Positions 47,960 to 57,806 are shown, counted from the first letter of the stretch. The stretch is 64,000 bases of DNA from Clostridia bacterium (GCA_017442225.1 JAFSAR010000010.1:30306-94305); one strand, 5' to 3'. Notes: generated by a model from the sequence alone, not told the origin. Numbers and translations: made by a program.

Positions 47960-49066
47960 TTGAAATTCGTTTTAATTTCTCCCAAAAACCGAACTGTTTA
48001 TAATTTCCGTGGTGATCTTATAAAAGAGATTATTAGTAGAGGATATGAGGTAATTGTAACCGGTCCTGACAGTATTGATGTGGATAAAATAACTGCTTTG
48101 GGTGCAAGATTTGTTGAAATACCCATGAACAAAAATGGTACAAGTATTTTAGGAGACATCAAATATTGCAAAAATTTATATAAATTGTTTAAAAATGAAA
48201 AACCAGATATTACATTGGGCTATACCGTAAAACCTGTTGTGTATGGTGCAATTGCGGCAAAATTTGCAGGTGTAAAAAATATAAACAGTATGGTTACTGG
48301 TGGTGGTTATACCTTTACTGCCAAAACATTTAAGGCAAAGATTTTAGGCCTTATTGTTAGATGTTTATACAAAATTGGTTTTTCAAAAGCCAATAACGTA
48401 ATTTTTCAAAATTCAGATGATCTTAATGAGTTTTGCGACAGGAAGTTGGTTAAGCGCGACAAGTGCAATGTAGTAAATGGTTCGGGTGTTAATACTTCGC
48501 ACTTTTTACCGACTGATTATCCACAAACAACTACGTTTTTTATGCTTTCAAGATTGCTTAAAAGTAAGGGTGTTGTCGAGTATCTTGAAGCGGCAAAAAT
48601 TGTAAAAACAAGATATCCAGAAGTGCGCTTTTGTCTGCTTGGTAAATATGAAACAAATATGCAGGACGCTTTGTCAAAAGAATATGTTGAGACGTTTATT
48701 GCAGATGGTGTTATAGAACGATTCGAAGAAACAAACGATGTAAGGCCATATTATGCTGATTGTAGCGTGTATGTTTTGCCATCTTATCGAGAGGGTACAC
48801 CGCGCACGGTGCTTGAAGCAATGGCGATGGGCAGACCAATCATTACTACCGATACAAACGGCTGTAGAGATACTGTTATTGATGGAAAAAATGGTTTTTT
48901 AGTGACGATTGGTAATAGTAGTCAGCTTGCAGATGCAATGATTAAATTTGTTGAAAATGCTGAATTGATTAAAACAATGGGTGAAGAAAGTGTTATTTAC
49001 TGCCACCAGAAATTTAATGTTAATAAAGTTAATTGTGATATGATTAATATTTTGGGGGTGTCGTAA
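47960..49066 (+). CDS. Glycosyltransferase family 4 (GT-B)
   Basis: EGTPRTVLEAMAMGRPIITTD..G E(x7)E-type motif. TTG start with GAGGTG RBS. Confidence 0.85.
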   Translation: MKFVLISPKNRTVYNFRGDLIKEIISRGYEVIVTGPDSIDVDKITALGARFVEIPMNKNGTSILGDIKYCKNLYKLFKNEKPDITLGYTVKPVVYGAIAAKFAGVKNINSMVTGGGYTFTAKTFKAKILGLIVRCLYKIGFSKANNVIFQNSDDLNEFCDRKLVKRDKCNVVNGSGVNTSHFLPTDYPQTTTFFMLSRLLKSKGVVEYLEAAKIVKTRYPEVRFCLLGKYETNMQDALSKEYVETFIADGVIERFEETNDVRPYYADCSVYVLPSYREGTPRTVLEAMAMGRPIITTDTNGCRDTVIDGKNGFLVTIGNSSQLADAMIKFVENAELIKTMGEESVIYCHQKFNVNKVNCDMINILGVS

Positions 49067-49067
49067 T

Positions 49068-50144
49068 TTGCAAAAACCACTACAACGAAATAATAACATT
49101 GAAATTTTAAGAATAATAGCAATGTTTATGATTATTGCCGGTCACGCTATAACGCATACAGATATTTATGACAATGTTGGTGAAATTAATTTTTATTTTG
49201 TAAAATTTTTTGATATTGTTTTTAATGTTGCTACAAACGTTTATGTAGTTATTTCAGGCTATTTGTTATGTGAAAAAACTTTTAAGATCAAAAAGGTTTT
49301 TAATTTGTGGTTTCAGATTTTATTTTATTCTGTAATCATTTATCTTGTTTTAGTTGCAACTAAACAAATAGAATTTAGTTTAACAAGCATCGTTAAAGTT
49401 TTGATGCCTGTTTCCGGAAATCAGTATTGGTTTGCTCGGGTATATTTAGGATTATATATTTTATCTCCATTTTTAAATCTTCTTATAAAAAGTTTAAATC
49501 AAAAACAATTTCAATGCCTTTTGGTTGTTTTGACAATACTTTTTTCTTTGTGGGGAAGTTTTATACCATTTGCAACGACGCTTAATGCCGAGGGCGGAAA
49601 CAGTATAATTTGGTTTTGTGTTTTATATATGTTTGCTGCATATATAAGAATTTATGGAGTACCACTAAAGTCAAACAAGGCTTTAATTGGTTTGACAATG
49701 TCGTTTTTTGTATTTGCTTTTTTATCAAGCGTTGTGCTCGAAAAGCTATCATTAATGATTGGACTTGGCGGTAAGGGTGCCAGTCAGTTTACAACCTTTA
49801 ATTCATTTACTATGTTGTTTGGTGCTGTTGGCCTTTTATGCATAGCTGTGAAGCTACCACACATAAATAAATTCAGCAAAGTAATACAATGGTTTTCATT
49901 AAGTACATTTAGTGTATATTTAATTCACGATAACAAATATTTAAGACATATTTTATGGGAATTTTTGAGAATCGATGATCTTGCGGATGAATTTTATATA
50001 GTTCCATATATTTTGTTAACTTCTGTAGCAATATTTGTTGTATGCGCATGTTTGGATAAAGTTATTTATATACCATTAAATAAATTTGTTTCAAAAATTA
50101 GTTTCAAAAAATTACAATCAAAAATAGATTCTTATATAATATAA
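49068..50144 (+). CDS. Acyltransferase family 3 membrane protein (probable O-acetyltransferase)
   Basis: NNNIEILRIIAMFMIIAGH N-terminus and about 10 TM helices. Confidence 0.8.
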   Translation: MQKPLQRNNNIEILRIIAMFMIIAGHAITHTDIYDNVGEINFYFVKFFDIVFNVATNVYVVISGYLLCEKTFKIKKVFNLWFQILFYSVIIYLVLVATKQIEFSLTSIVKVLMPVSGNQYWFARVYLGLYILSPFLNLLIKSLNQKQFQCLLVVLTILFSLWGSFIPFATTLNAEGGNSIIWFCVLYMFAAYIRIYGVPLKSNKALIGLTMSFFVFAFLSSVVLEKLSLMIGLGGKGASQFTTFNSFTMLFGAVGLLCIAVKLPHINKFSKVIQWFSLSTFSVYLIHDNKYLRHILWEFLRIDDLADEFYIVPYILLTSVAIFVVCACLDKVIYIPLNKFVSKISFKKLQSKIDSYII

Positions 50145-50165
50145 AGAAAAAAGGAGTAATTTATT

Positions 50166-51485
50166 ATGTCACTTTATGAGAAAATTGTTAATGGGGAAGA
50201 AAAAATTTCGCTTGTAGGTCTTGGTTACGTTGGTATGCCTATAGCCGTATCTTTTGCAAAAAAGGTTAAGGTTGTCGGCTTTGACCTTAACGCCAAAAAG
50301 ATTGAGCTTTACAAGTCGGGCATTGACCCTACAAACGAAGTAGGCGATGAAGTTATTAAAAACACTACCGTTGAGTTTACTGCTGATGAATCAAAGCTTC
50401 GTGAAGCAAAATTCCATATTGTTGCTGTACCTACCCCTGTAAATGACGACCATACGCCCGATTTAACACCTGTTGAGGGCGCTTCAACAATAGTTGGTCG
50501 CAACATTACCAAAGGCTCAATTGTAGTTTATGAGTCTACTGTTTACCCCGGTGTTACCGAGGATATTTGTATTCCGATTTTGGAACGCGAATCGGGTCTT
50601 AAATGCGGTGTGGACTTTAAGGTTGGTTATAGCCCTGAGCGTATTAACCCGGGCGACAAGGTTCACCGCCTTGAAACAATTGTTAAAATTGTAAGCGGTA
50701 TGGACGAAGAATCACTCGAGGAAATTGCTAACGTTTACGAGCTTGTTGTTGAGGCAGGCGTTCATCGCGCCGAAAGCATCAAGGTTGCTGAGGCTGCAAA
50801 GGTAATCGAAAATAGCCAACGTGATATTAACATTGCCTTTATGAACGAGCTTTCTATTATCTTTAATAAAATGGGTATTGATACACAGTCGGTACTTAAG
50901 GCTGCAGGCACAAAATGGAATTTCTTAAAGTTTTATCCGGGTCTTGTTGGCGGTCACTGTATAGGTGTTGACCCATATTACCTTACATACAAGGCAGAAC
51001 AGCTTGGTTATCACAGCCAAATTATTCTCTCAGGTCGTCGTATAAATGATGATATGGGCAAGTACGTTGCTGAAAGTGTTGTTAAAAATCTTATAAAAGC
51101 TGATTTGCCAATTAAGAATGCAAAGGTTGCGATTTTGGGCTTTACTTTCAAAGAAAATTGCCCCGATACCCGCAACACAAAGATTATTGATATTTATAAC
51201 GAGCTTAAAGAGTATGGTATAACTGCAACTGTTGCTGACCCCGCGGCAGATGCCGATGAAGCCGAGCACCTTTACGGTATGAAATTTGTAGATATTTCTA
51301 CCATTAAAGATTGTGATGTGGTTATACTTGCCGTTGCTCATGAACAGTTTAAGTCGCTTACACAAGCTGATTTTGACAAAATGTTCAAATCAGTTGAGAA
51401 TAACAAAAAGGTTCTTGCAGACATTAAAGGTTTGCTTAACCGTAAAGAATATGAAACTGCTGGCTATAATTATTGGAGATTATAA
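50166..51485 (+). CDS. UDP-N-acetylhexosamine 6-dehydrogenase (TviB/WbpO-like nucleotide sugar dehydrogenase)
   Basis: Collinear with my recollection of Salmonella TviB: GLGYVGMP, VPTPV..PDLTP, VVYESTVYPG, GYSPERINPGDK, ESIKVAEAAKVIEN.QRD and GLVGGHCIGVDPYYL. Confidence 0.88.
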   Translation: MSLYEKIVNGEEKISLVGLGYVGMPIAVSFAKKVKVVGFDLNAKKIELYKSGIDPTNEVGDEVIKNTTVEFTADESKLREAKFHIVAVPTPVNDDHTPDLTPVEGASTIVGRNITKGSIVVYESTVYPGVTEDICIPILERESGLKCGVDFKVGYSPERINPGDKVHRLETIVKIVSGMDEESLEEIANVYELVVEAGVHRAESIKVAEAAKVIENSQRDINIAFMNELSIIFNKMGIDTQSVLKAAGTKWNFLKFYPGLVGGHCIGVDPYYLTYKAEQLGYHSQIILSGRRINDDMGKYVAESVVKNLIKADLPIKNAKVAILGFTFKENCPDTRNTKIIDIYNELKEYGITATVADPAADADEAEHLYGMKFVDISTIKDCDVVILAVAHEQFKSLTQADFDKMFKSVENNKKVLADIKGLLNRKEYETAGYNYWRL

Positions 51486-51502
51486 TTTTTTAGAGGAATT
51501 TT

Positions 51503-53029
51503 ATGTCAAAGAGTAGAAATTTATTAAAATCAATAACACATTCACTTGGGAATGGTGCATACAAGAAAAAATTAAGAAAAAAACCAGAACTGTTCTTTAC
51601 GTTAAGACAGATTTGTGAGAATGTCGGCTTAAATTTAGAAAATCTTGATGATGTTGTTAGAATAAATTTGGACAAAACAGTTTCATATGTATGTCGTTAT
51701 GGTGACCGCTTTACAAAAGATTGTATTTGTGTTCAATTATATGATGATAGCGATAACATAATGAAAAAAGCTATAAGTGAAGGCGCCCTGGTTTGTGTGA
51801 CCGACCACAAAATAGAGGGCTTGCCATGTATAATTGTTGATAATCCATATGCCACTTATGCTGATATGTGTAGTATTATACGCGATACAGCACAGATAAA
51901 ATCAACTGTTATTGTTGGAAGTATCGGTAAAACAACAACAAAAAAAATGGTTGCATCGGTTTATAAACAAGCATTTAACACCCATTGTGATTCTGGAAAT
52001 GATAACATACTTGACAGTATAGGATCTATTTGTCAGCATATTCCTGCAAAATCAGAACAATTAGTTGCTGAGATTAGTGAGGATACGCCTGGACTTATTG
52101 AACAAATGTCAAAAATCGTTAAACCAGAAATTGCTATTATAACGACTATTGATAAATCTCATATTGAATTTTACGGAAGTGAAGAAAACATTTTTAATGA
52201 ATTTCGTTCTGTAACAAAACATATGCGCGAAGATGGTATATGCATTATGAGTATGGATGAAGAAAATGCTAGGAGCCTTATAGAAAATAGAAAGGTTGTA
52301 TTCGTTTCTGTTAATGACGAAAATGCTGATTTTTTTGCTGCTAATATTAATGTTGATACCGAAGGATTAAATTTTGATATTATTGAAAAGGCAACTCAAA
52401 AAACATATGCTATTAAGCTTTATAATTCTTATGCAATACATAATGTTACAGCGGCATTAATAGCTTTTGCAGCCGGTGTTGTAAATGGTATTGACTATAA
52501 TAAAATCGTTAACGGTCTTGCATCTTACAGAGCTACCGGAATTCGCCAAAATATATATAATGCTGGTAGTAAAATCGTTTACGCTGATTGTTATAATGCA
52601 GTAGCAAAGTCGGTTCGTTCTGCAGTAAATGCAGCATGTGATATTCCTATTAAAGGTAAAAGGATAGCAGTTTTAGGCGATATTGCCGAAGCAGGAGATT
52701 ATACAGAATCAACGCATATGGAAATAGCAGAAATTGTTAATAATTCTGATTTTGATATTCTATTAACCTTTGGTGAAGAGTTAAAAAAGGCTATTTCAAA
52801 TACCACGATGAGAAACGATCTCACCATTATGATGTTTGAAACACAAAAAGATATGAATAAAGCATTAAAAAAGATGTTAAAAAAAGGCGATCTTGTTTTG
52901 TTTAAAGCAAGTCACAGGGCAAATCTTGAAGCTTCTATTGCAAGTGTATTTACGCTTTCATATTTATATCAATCAATAAAATATTATACTCCGCGAATTT
53001 TATGGCATTTTAAAGTTATATTAAATTAA
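51503..53029 (+). CDS. Mur ligase family protein, MurF-like (divergent N-terminal domain)
   Basis: P-loop VGSIGKTTTKKM, AEISEDTPGLIEQMSKIVKPEIAIITTIDKSHIEFYGS (MurF GEI..L..PD..VITNI..AHLE.FGS block), DCYNA, VLGDIAEAGDY...H and the C-terminal GDLVLFKASHR. The MurF N-terminal DSR and DGH motifs are not recognisable. Confidence 0.75.
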   Translation: MSKSRNLLKSITHSLGNGAYKKKLRKKPELFFTLRQICENVGLNLENLDDVVRINLDKTVSYVCRYGDRFTKDCICVQLYDDSDNIMKKAISEGALVCVTDHKIEGLPCIIVDNPYATYADMCSIIRDTAQIKSTVIVGSIGKTTTKKMVASVYKQAFNTHCDSGNDNILDSIGSICQHIPAKSEQLVAEISEDTPGLIEQMSKIVKPEIAIITTIDKSHIEFYGSEENIFNEFRSVTKHMREDGICIMSMDEENARSLIENRKVVFVSVNDENADFFAANINVDTEGLNFDIIEKATQKTYAIKLYNSYAIHNVTAALIAFAAGVVNGIDYNKIVNGLASYRATGIRQNIYNAGSKIVYADCYNAVAKSVRSAVNAACDIPIKGKRIAVLGDIAEAGDYTESTHMEIAEIVNNSDFDILLTFGEELKKAISNTTMRNDLTIMMFETQKDMNKALKKMLKKGDLVLFKASHRANLEASIASVFTLSYLYQSIKYYTPRILWHFKVILN

Positions 53030-53043
53030 GAGAGGTTATAATT

Positions 53044-54018
53044 ATGGGTTATAAACATCTAAAGTTTCCTGAAAATACTTTGTTTTTGGTAACAGGTGCT
53101 GCCGGTTTTATTGGTAGCAACCTATGCGAAGCAATACTTGATTTAGGTTATAAGGTTCGTGCCTTAGATGACTTTTCAACAGGTAAGCAAGCAAATGTCG
53201 ATTTGTTTCTTGATAATCCAAACTATGAGTTTATCAAAGGTGATATCAAAGATTTAGATACTTGTATGAAAGCATGCGAAGATGTAGATTTTGTGCTTAA
53301 TCAAGCAGCTTGGGGCAGTGTACCTCGTAGCCTTGAAATGCCTATTTTCTACTGTCGCAACAATATTGAAGGCACCCTTAATATGTTAGAGGCTGCTCGT
53401 CAATGTGGTGTTAAAAAGTTTGTTTATGCTTCAAGTTCTTCCGTTTATGGTGATGAGCCTAATCTTCCTAAAACCGAGGGAAGAGAGGGTAACCTTTTGT
53501 CACCATATGCTCTTACAAAACGCTGTGATGAAGAGTGGGCAAAGCTTTATACAATGCATTATGGACTTGATACCTACGGTATGCGTTATTTTAACGTGTT
53601 TGGTCGTCGTCAGGATCCTGATGGTGCATACGCGGCTGTTATTCCTAAATTCTTAAAGATGCTACTTCACGGCGAAAAACCAACTATAAATGGTGATGGC
53701 AAACAAAGTCGTGACTTTACATACATTGATAACGTTATCGAGGCTAACTTAAAAGCTTGTCTTGCGCCACACGAGGCGGCAGGCGAGGCATATAACATAG
53801 CCTATGGTGGTCGTGAGTATCTTATTGATATTTACTACGGTCTTACCAAGGCTTTGGGTGTTGATATCGAGCCAAACTTTGGCCCTGATCGTAAGGGTGA
53901 TATTAAACACTCTAACGCAGACATTAGCAAAGCAAAACGTCTCCTCGGCTACGACCCTGATTACAGCTTTACTGACGGTATAAAACTTGCTATAGAGTGG
54001 TATAAGGAGAACTTATAA
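53044..54018 (+). CDS. UDP-N-acetylhexosamine(uronic acid) 4-epimerase (TviC/WbpP-like SDR)
   Basis: VTGAAGFIGSN, AAWGSVPRS, SSSSVYGD, SPYALTK, RYFNVFGRRQDP.GAYAAVIP and GDGKQSRDF are collinear with TviC/WbpP as I recall them. Confidence 0.88.
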   Translation: MGYKHLKFPENTLFLVTGAAGFIGSNLCEAILDLGYKVRALDDFSTGKQANVDLFLDNPNYEFIKGDIKDLDTCMKACEDVDFVLNQAAWGSVPRSLEMPIFYCRNNIEGTLNMLEAARQCGVKKFVYASSSSVYGDEPNLPKTEGREGNLLSPYALTKRCDEEWAKLYTMHYGLDTYGMRYFNVFGRRQDPDGAYAAVIPKFLKMLLHGEKPTINGDGKQSRDFTYIDNVIEANLKACLAPHEAAGEAYNIAYGGREYLIDIYYGLTKALGVDIEPNFGPDRKGDIKHSNADISKAKRLLGYDPDYSFTDGIKLAIEWYKENL

Positions 54019-55838
54019 TGAGTGGTATTTGCGGATTTATTGACATCAGCAAAAAATTTAATAAAGAAGATATGCTGAATGCGATTACCGCAATGAATTC
54101 GGCATTATATGCTTCTAATGACGGTTATATATATCAGGATGATGATTGTATAATTGGTAAAAGTGATAATTACGCTGACAACGATTCATTCATTGTCTTT
54201 TTTTACGGCGAACTCTATAATAAGCAATCTTTATGTAAAATTTACGATTTTACTGCAAATAATGAGGCACAACTTGTCTTGGCAGGTTATGAAAAATTCG
54301 GTGACGATTTTTTTAAGCAGTTAAGCGGCAAGTTTGTATTTGTAATTTACGACAAAAAAACAAAAAAACTTACTGTTATTCGCGACAAGGTCGGCTCAAA
54401 GCAAATGTATTATTATAAAAATGAAGATTGCTTTGTTTTTTGTACTGAACTTGCCGGATTGCTTGCAACAAATATTGTACCAAAAAAAATCGACAAAGTA
54501 TCTCTATCACAGTTTTTGCAACTTACCTATATACCGGCTCCTCAGTGTATTATAGAAAATGTAAAAAAGGTTAAGCCGGCTGTTGTTTTCTGCTTGGATT
54601 CATACGCCAATATTTTTGAAAATGATTATTGGACACTTACACATTCTATTGATGAAAAGTACACTGATTTTGAAGTATGTAAAGCCGAACTTAATGATTT
54701 GCTTTATGCATCGGTAAAAGAAAAAATGGCATTGTATCCTGATTCAGGTGCATTTTTAAGTGGTGGTTTTGATTCGTCGATTGTTGTTAGTGTAATGTCG
54801 GATATTTCTGACACACCTATAAGAACCTTTACAATCGGTTATGATGAAAAGCAATTTGATGAAAGCGAGCTTGCAGGGTTGGTTGCCAAAAAAAACAATA
54901 CCAATCACACAGTTCTTAATTTAGATTGGGATGCTGTTGTTGACAATATAGATACCGTTTTAAATGGTGTTGACGAGCCATATGGCGATTCTTCACTTAT
55001 TGCTACGTATGCCGTATGTAAGCTTGCTAAAGAGCATACAGACGTTGCTTTTATGGGTGATGCGGGTGATGAGCTTTTTGCCGGATACAACAAATATTTA
55101 ATTTCTTATTATGGTGGTAAGTATAAAAAAATACCCAAATTTTTACGCAAGGGTATAATCGAACCTATTTCAAAACTTCTTCCACGCAAAAGTAGTCTAT
55201 ACCGTAAGGTTAACAAGGTTATTTCTTCTGCAGATATGCCAATATTTGAACAAAGAAAACGACTTATGAGTCTTGGATTTAAAGCAGAAGAATTAAAAAA
55301 GCTTATGCTTGACGGTTATGTTGACTCGATGAATTTTATTAAGGAAAACTATGAGTTTTTAGAGAATTCTGATGAGCAAACCCGCGCGCAGTATGTTGAT
55401 TTTAAGACAGTTTTAGAGGGTGATATGCTACCAAAGGTAGAGCTTGCAAGTCGTCTATCAGGTCTTAAGACGTGTGCTCCAATTTTAGATGATAAAATTA
55501 TTGATTTTGCATATAGCATACCAACTGATTTTAAAATTAACAAAACCAACAGGAAGATTATTTTAAAAGAAACGTTCAGACATCTTTTGCCCGAAGAATT
55601 GTTTACAGCACCCAAGCATGGTTTTGCAGTGCCGATAGGCAATTGGCTTGAAACAAATTTAAAAGATAAGCTTTTGAAATTTGCGAGTAAAGATTTTCTC
55701 GAAAAACAAGGCCTGTTCAACTATGACTATATAAATATGATAATCGATGAACATTTTAATCATAAAAAGAACAGATATAGTGAGTTGTGGGCGTTTTTTG
55801 TTTTTCAGAATTGGTATAAAAAATATATTGAACAATAA
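54018..55838 (+). CDS. Asparagine synthetase B-family amidoligase with atypical N-terminus and a degenerate glutaminase domain
   Basis: PP-loop AFLSGGFDSS, GDAGDELFAGY and L.GKFVFVIYD..L.VIRDKVG..MYY blocks. The N-terminus is MSGICGF rather than MCG. The start ATG shares one nt with the upstream stop (TAATG). Confidence 0.85.
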   Translation: MSGICGFIDISKKFNKEDMLNAITAMNSALYASNDGYIYQDDDCIIGKSDNYADNDSFIVFFYGELYNKQSLCKIYDFTANNEAQLVLAGYEKFGDDFFKQLSGKFVFVIYDKKTKKLTVIRDKVGSKQMYYYKNEDCFVFCTELAGLLATNIVPKKIDKVSLSQFLQLTYIPAPQCIIENVKKVKPAVVFCLDSYANIFENDYWTLTHSIDEKYTDFEVCKAELNDLLYASVKEKMALYPDSGAFLSGGFDSSIVVSVMSDISDTPIRTFTIGYDEKQFDESELAGLVAKKNNTNHTVLNLDWDAVVDNIDTVLNGVDEPYGDSSLIATYAVCKLAKEHTDVAFMGDAGDELFAGYNKYLISYYGGKYKKIPKFLRKGIIEPISKLLPRKSSLYRKVNKVISSADMPIFEQRKRLMSLGFKAEELKKLMLDGYVDSMNFIKENYEFLENSDEQTRAQYVDFKTVLEGDMLPKVELASRLSGLKTCAPILDDKIIDFAYSIPTDFKINKTNRKIILKETFRHLLPEELFTAPKHGFAVPIGNWLETNLKDKLLKFASKDFLEKQGLFNYDYINMIIDEHFNHKKNRYSELWAFFVFQNWYKKYIEQ

Positions 55839-55840
55839 GG

Positions 55841-56662
55841 ATGGATATGATGAAACAAGGACATATTTCAGTCATTATGGCAACCTATAATTGTGCCGAT
55901 ACTTTACGTCAAAGTGTTGATTCGGTTTTGGCACAAACGTACACGGATTATAAATTTATAATTTGTGATGATTGCTCTACTGATGATACATACTCAATAT
56001 TAAAACAGTATGAGGCTGATTATCCCGATAAGTTTTTGATAATTAAAAATGAAAAAAATTCAAAGTTGCCATTTTCGCTTAATCATTGCTTAAAATATGC
56101 TGATGGTGAATATTGTGCGCGTATGGACGGTGACGATTATATCGCGCCTGACCGTTTTGAAAAGCAGGTAGAGTTTTTAAAAAATAATCCCGACATACAG
56201 CTTGTTGGTTGTGCGTTGCAGACATTTGATGACAAAAAGGGTATGGGTAGGATAATATATTGTCGTGAATACCCCGAAAAACTCCATCTTTTAGATGCTC
56301 CTTGTTTTCCGCATGCAGCAATTATGACCTATACAAGTGTGTATAATGCTCTTGGCGGATACACTGTATCGAAGCGAACTGTGCGTTCACAGGATTATGA
56401 TCTTTGGTTTAGGTTTTTTGCCAAAGGCTTTAAAGGTGCAAATTTGCAAGAACCTCTTTACTTTATGCGTGAAGATGAATTTTCCTTCCTTAGAAGGAAA
56501 CCTCGACTCTACTTATGGCTTATGGTAACTAAATGGAAAGGTTATCGTTTGCTAAAATTTCCGCTTAAATATTATTGGCACATTTTATTACCGCTTGTTG
56601 CTCTTTTTAGAAATGAAACAAGAAAACTGAAGGCAAAAACGTCTCTAAAAAGTAAAAAATAA
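55841..56662 (+). CDS. Glycosyltransferase family 2
   Basis: ISVIMATYNCADTLRQSVDSVLAQTY..FIICDDCSTDDT and DGDD (DxD). The start could be the ATG at 55847 or 55850. Confidence 0.88.
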   Translation: MDMMKQGHISVIMATYNCADTLRQSVDSVLAQTYTDYKFIICDDCSTDDTYSILKQYEADYPDKFLIIKNEKNSKLPFSLNHCLKYADGEYCARMDGDDYIAPDRFEKQVEFLKNNPDIQLVGCALQTFDDKKGMGRIIYCREYPEKLHLLDAPCFPHAAIMTYTSVYNALGGYTVSKRTVRSQDYDLWFRFFAKGFKGANLQEPLYFMREDEFSFLRRKPRLYLWLMVTKWKGYRLLKFPLKYYWHILLPLVALFRNETRKLKAKTSLKSKK

Positions 56663-56691
56663 AATTTAAAGTTTTTTGGTGATTTGATTTT

Positions 56692-57783
56692 ATGATTTCT
56701 TATATTATTGTTTTTTTTATTGTTGGTGTGTTTGCCTGGCTTGCAGAAAAAAGTCACAAAGAAGTTACCGATCTTACAGGCGATGTTCTACATAAAAAAA
56801 CAACAAGTACAATTATATTTTTAATTATTGCCGGCGGACTGCTTACTGCTATGGCAGGTCTGCGTTATCACGTTGGTACAGACTATAAAAACTATATTTA
56901 TTTATATGAAACTTTTTATTCAAAACAAAGTTTAAAAGAGCTTTTGGTTATTGATAATGAACCAATGTTACCGATTATTGGCCATTTTTCACATAAGTTT
57001 TTTGATTCATATTATGCTATGTTCTTTTTTGCTTCCGTCATCTCGGTCGGTATAGTTATTTATAGCACTTACACAGAAACTACAGATTTTCTTTATACAA
57101 CAATGCTTTACATTTTTGCCGGCGGTTTTGTTGGTTCGTTCAATGGCATTAGGCAATTTATGGCGGTTGCAATTGTGTTTTTAGGTAGGCGTTTTATTGT
57201 AGAACGTAAGTTTTGGAAATATCTTTTGGTTTGCTTTATTGCTTTTTTGGCGCATAAATCTGCACTGTTTTGTATTTTGTTCTATTTTGTTTATACTAAA
57301 AAATTCTCTACAAAGCGACTCTTAATAATACTTATAATTACAATATTCTTCTCTATTAATTATGAAACTATATTTGATTTTATTGGATGGATGAATGATG
57401 CTGAATTTGTTGCAGATGCATACGCATCAACAAGTGTTAATGTGTTCAGAACATTAGTTGGTTGTTGTCCTGCTATAATGGGTCTTTATTTTGCATATAA
57501 CAAAAAGGATTTAGATGACCAACAAGTATTTTATATTTATATATTAGTTATTAATGCTGCAACGCGTATAGTAACATCTGATAGTGCATATCTCGCACGT
57601 CTTGCGTGTTATCCTACGGTTTTTGTACCGCTGGGTCTTGGCTATCTAACTGACCTTTGCAGTCAAAAGTATTATAAGGTATTTAGAGCGGGAATTTTGA
57701 TTTTGTATATGGCTTTTTGGTTATATGAAGTATTAAATACAAAAACATTACGCGAATTTGAATGGATTTTTGGAAATATGTAA
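56692..57783 (+). CDS. EpsG-family membrane protein (Wzy-like polymerase candidate)
   Basis: About 10 TM helices and the GLRYHVGTDYKNY motif typical of the EpsG family. Confidence 0.75.
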   Translation: MISYIIVFFIVGVFAWLAEKSHKEVTDLTGDVLHKKTTSTIIFLIIAGGLLTAMAGLRYHVGTDYKNYIYLYETFYSKQSLKELLVIDNEPMLPIIGHFSHKFFDSYYAMFFFASVISVGIVIYSTYTETTDFLYTTMLYIFAGGFVGSFNGIRQFMAVAIVFLGRRFIVERKFWKYLLVCFIAFLAHKSALFCILFYFVYTKKFSTKRLLIILIITIFFSINYETIFDFIGWMNDAEFVADAYASTSVNVFRTLVGCCPAIMGLYFAYNKKDLDDQQVFYIYILVINAATRIVTSDSAYLARLACYPTVFVPLGLGYLTDLCSQKYYKVFRAGILILYMAFWLYEVLNTKTLREFEWIFGNM

Positions 57784-57806
57784 TTTGTATTTGGGGTGAA
57801 ATGATT

